Positions 53,014 to 64,000 of a DNA stretch of 64,000 nt are shown here, in pieces. Under the pieces are notes generated by a model, which searched no databases, was not told the origin of the DNA, and worked only from the letters and a program-made list of their open reading frames with translations. A program made the position numbers and the translations under genes. The stretch spans positions 7,566,001 to 7,630,000 of the forward strand of contig NC_058369.1 of NCBI RefSeq assembly GCF_018350175.1, read 5' to 3'. Each line of letters begins with the position of its first letter. The stretch's first letter is position 1. The DNA is from Felis catus. Its lineage: Eukaryota.

Positions 53014-53053
<40 letters not shown>

Positions 53054-53721
53054 TTCTGGCCAAGAGCATTCTCAACCTTCCGATTTACAATGCAGATTCC
53101 TGGGAACCCCTAAACAGTCGACTGCTGCCGCACTCCTAGGGACCAGCAACCTGTATTTTTAACAAGCATCTTCCCCTTTGTCCAACTACCTGCTCCTTTG
53201 GCAGAGGCACATAGTAGGTGGCCCAGTGACTAGTTTGCCTACCCCACGCCAGGTGCTACTAAGCGTCCTACCCGGGGTCTCCAAGCCTGGCAAACACACA
53301 TACTCAGGATGTAGCCACTGTATCAACCCATTTTACAGAGGAGTAAACTGAGGTTCAGAAAGGGGATGTAGCCCCGTTAAGAGACTCAGAGCTGGTAGGG
53401 GGCCCAGGTCCTAATTAGCGCCTGGTTCCTGCGGGAGGAGAGGAGAGGGTTATCAAGTGGGGGAGCGCGAACTGAGGGGGACACGGAGATCCAAGGCGGC
53501 GTTCCGATGCGGCCCCGCCCCCACGAGGGACGTGAAGACGCGGACCCCGCGCAGCGTGGGGACATGTGACCGACTGCAGAGGCCGCGCCGCCTCCACCGC
53601 CCGAGGTGCGCGCGCTCCGCCGCAGGGTGCAGACCCCTGGCTCCCGCCTGGGTCTGGGGCGCAGGAGCAGAGGCGGAGCCAGGGCGGAGCCAGAGCGCCC
53701 CGTCCACCCCCCCCCCCCCGC

Positions 53722-53737
53722 AATCGAAAGCGAAAGA
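53722..53737 (+). promoter_or_regulatory. ISRE/IRF element
   Basis: AATCGAAAGCGAAAG fits GAAANNGAAA, ~150 bp upstream of the ATG of a known interferon-stimulated gene. Confidence 0.75.
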
Positions 53738-53877
53738 GGGGGCCGGGAAGGAAGGGCGGGGCCGCCCGGAGGCCCCGCCCCCTGCCCTGCGCGGCTGCTG
53801 GACCGACGGGCGCGCCCGGGTAGGGGGGCTCTGAGCGCGCAGTGCGGACCCTCGCGGGAACCTGCGCCGCCGCCACC

Positions 53878-57906
<4,029 letters not shown>

Positions 57907-58192
57907 CCCCGGACAGGTGCAGATGCAAACCGGACACAGTCTGTGGATATTTTGTGTTGTTATAAAATATGAGCTCAAACTGAGATCTAAATGCCCTCGA
58001 GGAGCCATTTGGGTCTGCGACATTGGCAGGGGGATTCCTGGGTCCCGTTTTCAGGACCCCGGGGAGCAGATTCACAACAGGAGAGTGTGTGGGACGGGGC
58101 CCACGCTAAGTCACAAAGCAGGGGTAGCCAGGACGACTTGGGCTCCTGCTGACAAACATCCTCTGGGACCTGGGGGACAGATGGACAGACGG

Positions 58193-58383
58193 TCACAGCC
58201 TCAGGGGCCGGATCAGCATGGCAGCCTTCTTGAGAGAGTAAGCCCCGCCACGAAACTCAGCCCAGTAGACTCCATCTTGGTAGCGGCTGCGGTAATGGCC
58301 ACCACGGTGCCACACGCCATTGAGGTTGGAGTGGGCACAGGCATGGTACCACCAGCCTCCCCGCTGGTACAAGGCACAGTTAC
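58193..58383 (-). CDS. ANGPTL6: ANGPTL6 last coding exon
   Basis: GNCALYQRGGWWYHAC...KKAAMLIRPLRL TGA. Confidence 0.95.
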
Positions 58384-61300
58384 CTGAGGAGAGAGAAAAC
58401 CCATGTCCTCTTACCAGAATAAAAACCTCTACGAGCATCTCAGCGCGAGGCTTTTGCCACGCATCCCCTGGCCCTTCCCACTCTTAGTGAACGCGACCCT
58501 GATCCTCTCTCCTCACCAGATTAAGAGCCCTGGCCCCTTTCTTTTTTAGAGTAATAACTTTAATTCCTTCCCTATCCCCCTACCAAAGTACACGTTATAC
58601 CTTTTCCACTCTTTCTGAAAACTAGAAGCTCTACCTTTATCAAGGGAAAAATCTTCCCTACTTCCTTTCTGGAATAAGACTGCTAGCTTTCCTTGCCTTT
58701 CACCAGAACAGGGGGAAGCAACTGCCTCATGAAAGAAGGAATCGAGGCTCTCCGTCCCCTCACCAGAATAAAAGTCCTCCCCTCTGTTCTCTTGCTTACC
58801 CTGATCCTTACCAGAGGGAAGTGTCACTCCACTCTTTTCATTCTTTGCATTCCCTCCCTAGGAGTCCCTCCTCCCCTGTCCCCACTCCCCACCAGAATAA
58901 GAGCTCTGCTTACCAGAATAGGAGTCTCGATCCCTATCCACGGTGCTGAAAGGCTTGTCATTGTGCCAGGAAAGAGAGTCTCCAGCATCTCCATGGTACT
59001 GGCCAAGCCGTAGGCGATAGTGGTCACTCTCAGGCTCCAGGGAGAAACCATCATAGTGGGCACGTGCACTACGCCCTCCCCAATCCTCCAGGAGCACCAA
59101 TAACTCATGGTCCCCACGGCTGGTCAGCTGATGCACAGGTTCCAGACCCAGCCAGTATTCTCCATCAGGCTGCCCGAAGCCCACCTGGCAGGACAGGAAA
59201 GTCAGCAGGTCAGAAGCAGGTCCCCTCCCCGACACAGCCCTGCCCCTGCCCGCCCACGCCCACCTTGTAGTGCTGCCAGGTGGTGAAGAAGTTGACAGAG
59301 CCATCTTGCCGCCTTTGGATCACAGTCCAGCCTCCACCCTCCAGCTGCTGCTCACACCACGCCGACCCCACGTGCCGACCCAGTCGCAGTTCATACACAC
59401 CACTCTGCCTGTGGCCTGACCGGTGGGCCTCTGCACAATCCTGCCATGGGCCTGTGGGTACAGAGATAAGGGGAAGGCACAGCCTGGACCAACCAACCCC
59501 TTGTTGGTATATAGCTCTGCATTCTTCTCTCATCCCCTCACCAGAACAGCAGTCCTGCCTCTCCCATTCCCTGGCCAAAATAAGAGCCCCAGTACCCATG
59601 TCCTTACCTGAGTTAATACTCTGGGTCATTCTTTTCTCGCTACAGCAAATGTGGAGCCTGGGGTACTTAAATCCTGGTTCTAAAGCCTCACCAGAGTAGA
59701 AATCCTGAACATGACCCTCTGAGCTCGCTTAAATTCTTACCAATAAGCAGTCCTAAATTCCCTGTCCCCTCACCAAAAGAAAAGCCTTTCCTTTCCTATT
59801 TTCATACCACAGTAAGGATCTTGGTCTTTATCAGGATGAGAGCCATGGCTCCTTGTTCGATCACCAGAATAAAAGCATCCTTTCTTCCAGTCCTCTTACC
59901 ATGAGAGAAATCTGCCATTAAAATCCTGGCTCCTGTTTCCATCTCCTCACAATGCACTGGGAACTCCCTAGCTTCTCACATCCCCAACATTCCTGCCCTC
60001 ATCTTACCTGTCGGTTTGGTGGGGACAGCAGGGTGCCCTGCAGGCACAGGAGAAGCCAAGGGCCCCTGCTGTCTCAGGGTCTGGTCTCTCAGGGGCTCTG
60101 GAGCCGGGTCTAGCCTCCTGCTGGTATCATTAATGCCACCCACCAGACTGACAGGAACCACAGGCACCAGGGGCGGTGGCAGGACCTGGGGTGACCAAGA
60201 GACTCAGATGTGATTGCACTAGCCTTCAGTTGAAAAGACACTGGGCCCCTAAATCTCCCAACACCCAGATGGGTGGATCAGGCAGGGGCACGTCCCAGCC
60301 CTAGAATGGATACTTCCCAAAGCCTAACTCTAGCTGTCAAGAGCAGCGCGGAGCTTAAATTCCTGCTCTGGTGTTCACAGCTTAACTTATCTGACTCTGA
60401 CTCTCCTTTTCTGTAAAGTATTGATGGTAAGAGTACCTCCAACAATGAGTATTAGCTTACTGAATGCTCCCAACAGCCTTGTGAGGTATGGGTTGTCACG
60501 GAGCAACAATCTTATTCAAAATTAGGGCCAGCCATGTTCCAGAATTAAAAATAATATAACAGAAGTTAGAACAGTAGCACAGGGTCTATATTTATATCAC
60601 ATAACACCTCCCTAACATGGATCCTTGGTCTTTACGTAATAATATGCTTGATTACAGGCACTATGAATATTTATATTAAGTGGATAAGTAAAGACTTTAG
60701 GTAGTCGCCAGTCGCGTTCTGATCCAAATGAGCTGTGGAAGGAGAAGTAGGAATCTGGTATTTGGAGCTTTTCGGATTTCAAAACTGCGTTTCAGAGATC
60801 GTGCGTGGGGTTGCAAGAGCCCCATCTTACAAATGATGCAAACAGGAAGTGGCTACGATTCCTGGCCAGCTTTAAGGTTACCTGCTGCTGCCCACCCGTG
60901 CCCCCCGGGCACAGGCGCTCCAGGCGGGCGATGAGGCCACTCTGCTGGGTGACCAGCTGCGCCAGCTCCCGGAACTTGACATCCAGCTGGTGGAAGCGGG
61001 CGGCGGCGCGCTGCGCCTCGGCTGACACGTTGAGCACGCGCTCCCCAAGCAGCGCCAGCAGAGCAGCGGGCTCCGCCCCCGGTCCTGGACCCGCCCCCGG
61101 CCCCGCCTCGTGCTGCAGCTGCGCGCGCAGCTGGCCCAGGCGCGCGCTCAGGCCGCGGCTCTCTTTGCGCAGCGCGCGCACCTCGCCGGCCACGGCGCCA
61201 TCCGCCGCCGCCAGCCGCTGAAGTTCGCGCAGCAGCTCCTCGTGGCGGCCCACGCGCATGCGCAGCGCTGCCACCTCGCTGGCGTTCACGGCCTCCGCGG

Positions 61301-61457
61301 CCGGGCGCGCGGCGGACGGCCCGCTCCAGCACACGGCGCCCGTGAACTTCTGCTGCGGCAGCACGAAGGTGTAGGTGCAGCGCGGGGCGCCCGCCCGCGC
61401 CCACGTCGCGCCCAGCAGGAGCAGCAGCTGCAACGTGCGCAGCTGAGGCGCCGACAT
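58193..61457 (-). CDS. ANGPTL6: Angiopoietin-like 6 (AGF), 467 aa, 5 coding exons
   Basis: Exons 61457-60882, 60185-60008, 59451-59264, 59184-58914, 58383-58193 total 1404 nt in frame. Signal peptide MSAPQLRTLQLLLLLG, RCTYTFVLPQQKFTGAVCW, coiled coil, then fibrinogen domain GGGWTVIQRRQDGSVNF...GEYWLGLE...GGWWYHACAHSNLNG. Confidence 0.97.
58400..58925 (-). repeat. Degenerate array of (TA)TTCTGGTGAG/GTAAG motifs in ANGPTL6 last intron
   Basis: + strand copies CT(C/T)ACCAGAATAA at ~58410, 58512, 58699, 58758, 58807, 58888, and the true donor at 58909. Confidence 0.7.
58914..59184 (-). CDS. ANGPTL6: ANGPTL6 fourth coding exon
   Basis: VGFGQPDGEYWLGLE...DRDRDSYS|gtaag. Confidence 0.95.
59264..59451 (-). 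CDS. ANGPTL6: ANGPTL6 third coding exon
   Basis: GPWQDCAEAH...TTWQHYK|gtggg. Confidence 0.95.
59530..59915 (-). repeat. Second degenerate array of the same motif in ANGPTL6 intron (59452-60007)
   Basis: Copies at ~59537, 59603, 59686, 59736, 59768, 59860, 59894. Confidence 0.65.
60008..60185 (-). CDS. ANGPTL6: ANGPTL6 second coding exon
   Basis: VLPPPLVPVVPVSLVGG...HPAVPTKPT|gtaag. Confidence 0.93.
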
Positions 61458-61560
61458 GGCAGACCTGAAGGCAGAGGACGAACAGGAAGGAGGGGAGTCC
61501 CGGGAGCCTAGCCGGGCCCCCAACTCTCGGGTTGCGCCAAACCCGCGTTGCTCCAGGTCC
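60880..61560. other. CpG island over ANGPTL6 first coding exon
   Basis: Very high GC and CpG density. Confidence 0.75.
60882..61457 (-). CDS. ANGPTL6: ANGPTL6 first coding exon
   Basis: cag|GTCTGCCATG start; ends ...GGQQQ|gtaac. The non-coding first exon is not identified in this window. Confidence 0.95.
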
Positions 61561-64000
61561 CCGCCCCCAGGCTGAGATGCCCCAGGGATCCCACCCTGGC
61601 CTTTCCACTTGGTTCCCGGAGCCCTGCGGGACAGCATGTCATGCATTCATTCATTGAGTGCTTGCTGTGTGCCAGCCACGGTTCTAGGGACTACAGTATG
61701 GAACAAAACACAAAACTTCCTGCCCTGATGGGCAAGAAACAAAATTAATAAGCTATAGGGATTAATAGAGTGTATTTGCCGGTGTTAAGATAACAGGAAA
61801 ACAGATGTGGAGATCTGGGCCCTGGCAATTTGAAAGGAGGGAAGACCTGGGGGAGGTAAGGGAGGAAGTAATGAGGATATCTGGGGAAGAACCATCCCTG
61901 GCAGGGGGAACAGCACATGCAAAAGCCCTGAGGCTAGACCGTGCCTGATGTATTAAAGGAACTTAAGGGGAGGCAGGAGCAGGAGAACGGGTGAGAGGGG
62001 TGAGGTGGGGTGAGAGATAAAGTCTCACTAACTCAGTCTAGTAGCAGAGGCCCCATCTCCCCAAATCCCAGAGTCATTCCTGTCTCCTCTTTTTTTCACA
62101 ACAGATCCAACCTATCAGCCAGGCCTGTCAGCTCTTCTGTTTGGACCCTGAATTCCTCCACATTCCCCCATGCTCACCCCCCACCATGATCCCAGCTCAA
62201 GACACCATCTGGATTTCTTTACATCAGCTGCCCCCCAGGCCTCCAGTTGTCTGCCATCGGCCTCTGGTCTGTTTCTCCCGCAGCTGCCAAAGAATCAGGT
62301 CATGTCTCTCCTTTTCCTAGAGAACCTTTGTGGCTCCCAGCTCACTCAGAGCAAAAGTCCAAGTCTTCCCGTGCCCCCACAAGGCCCTGCACCCTCTTCC
62401 TGTCCCCTCCCTGCCCTCCTCTCCCACTCACCCCTCACTCACCGTGTTCGAGGCACACTGGCCTTGTTGCTCCTCAAACACACCAGGCACAGTCCTGCCT
62501 CAGGGCCTTTGCACTTGCCCTTTCCTCGGTCTGGAACCTTCTTCCCGGAATTTTAACATGGCCTCCTCTCTCTCCTTACTCAGGTCTTAGCTCAGATGTC
62601 CCCTCCTCAGAAGCCCTCCCTGACCACCCCCATTTAGCATTGCTCCTCCTGGGCACTCTCTATCACAGTCCCGCTTTGTCATTTTAGCATTTGTCTCCCT
62701 CTGGAATTGCCCCGTTTGTTTGCCGGTGTTTATTATCTGAGTTCCTCCACCAAAATATCCACTCGCAGAGGCTGAGCCTGGGTTTTGTTCAGTGCACGCC
62801 CCTCAACACTCACATGCCCCAGCTCTGTCGTACCCTCCCAAGTGTTGCCCCGCTCACACAGGTGAGCTCCTATGCGTGTACTGTGGCCACCTCCCTGGCT
62901 CCCCTTGTCTTCTCTCTTGGGGTTCAGCCACTTGCAGCCTCTCAGATGAGGACACGCAGGCCTCTCACACGCACTTGCCAGTACTCAGAACACGTCTCCC
63001 ACGTCCACACGTCACCCCGGTCTGCCCCAAGTTCCACTGTGTCCAAACCCACATGTCCGGGTGGCCACACGCACGGGCAGGTGCCTCTGAGGTCTTCGAG
63101 GTCACACACATCACCTTGTTCACACATTCGGCAGACGCTCCTTTCGTGCCTATTGTGTGCCAAGAGCTGGTCCAGGCAGCGGACCCGCCCAGGACCAACA
63201 CAGACAAAATCCCTGCCCCCAGGCAGCTGACGTCCTGGATGGGAAGACGGATGGTGGGTAGGTCAGAGGGTGGTAAGTTGTGAGAACACTTAAGTGGGGA
63301 TGCGGCTGGGGGTTCTGGGATGAGAGGCCTTTTTTTTTTTTAAGATTTTTTTAATTTTGAGACCGCAGGCACGCGAGCAGGGGAGGTGCAGAGAGAGAGG
63401 GACAGAGGGAGAGACAGGATCCCAAGCTGGCCCTGTGCTGTCGGTGCACAGCCCGATGAGGGGCTCGGTCCCATGAACTGTGAGATGGTGACCTGAGCTG
63501 AAATCAAGGCGAGGATGTTCAACTGACTGAGCCACCCAGGTGCCCACGGGGGCCGTCTGAAACAGAGGGGTCAGAACTTACTAAGAAGAGGACACTTGAG
63601 CCAAGACCTGAAGGAAGAGACAAGGGTAAGAGCATTCCAGGCACAGGAGAAGCAAGCCCTGAGCTAGAGCCTTTGAGGTGCCCAAGGAATAGCAGGGAGG
63701 CCCGTAAGACTGGAACAGAGCGAGCAAGGGGGAGAGCAGGAGGAATGAGAACAGGGAGGGGATGGGGCCAAGCGTGCAGGGTCTCGTGGGCCCCAGAAGG
63801 ACTTGGGCTTTCACTCTGAGTGAGGTGTGAGCTCCAGAAGGTTCTGAGCTGGAGAAAGGCATATTTGCTATCATATATGCACACCAAGCCGGAGCTCTCC
63901 CTGCCCCCTCCTCGACGACACCAGGCCCCCCACGACAGGGATGGACCACACCCCTTGGAGCCAGACTACATGTGTAACATCCACCACCTTCCAGGAGCTC

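Noticed and set aside
61458..61646. N-terminal extension of the 284-aa ORF upstream of ANGPTL6 MSAPQ
   Set aside because: A splice acceptor (pyrimidine tract + CAG) sits just upstream of 61464, so the extension is intronic read-through
62170..63283. Several 128-179 aa ORFs upstream of ANGPTL6
   Set aside because: They overlap L2-like and low-complexity intronic sequence, with no recognisable protein motifs

Overview
Mammalian genomic DNA, most likely cat or another felid, judged from the dense tRNA-derived carnivore SINEs of the young felid type. The gene order matches my recollection of the human 19p13.2 C3P1-SHFL-ANGPTL6 segment. The window holds four genes or pseudogenes. (1) A 41-exon complement C3 paralog (C3P1-like, + strand, 9831-35826), disabled by frameshifts, stops, dead splice acceptors and exon deletions, with an atypical GCPEQ thioester site. 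(2) A processed NDUFB10 pseudogene (~41850-42410). (3) Intact SHFL/C19orf66 (Shiftless, + strand, 8 coding exons, 53878-57906) with a CpG-island promoter and an ISRE. (4) Intact ANGPTL6 (- strand, 5 coding exons, 61457-58193), tail-to-tail with SHFL. Non-obvious structure: introns of both C3P1 and ANGPTL6 carry degenerate arrays that copy the splice junction of their own neighbouring exon; a 100-bp inverted repeat brackets C3P1 exon 25; and a 5' tRNA-Cys half has been retroposed. All calls are by eye from the sequence; no database searches were run.
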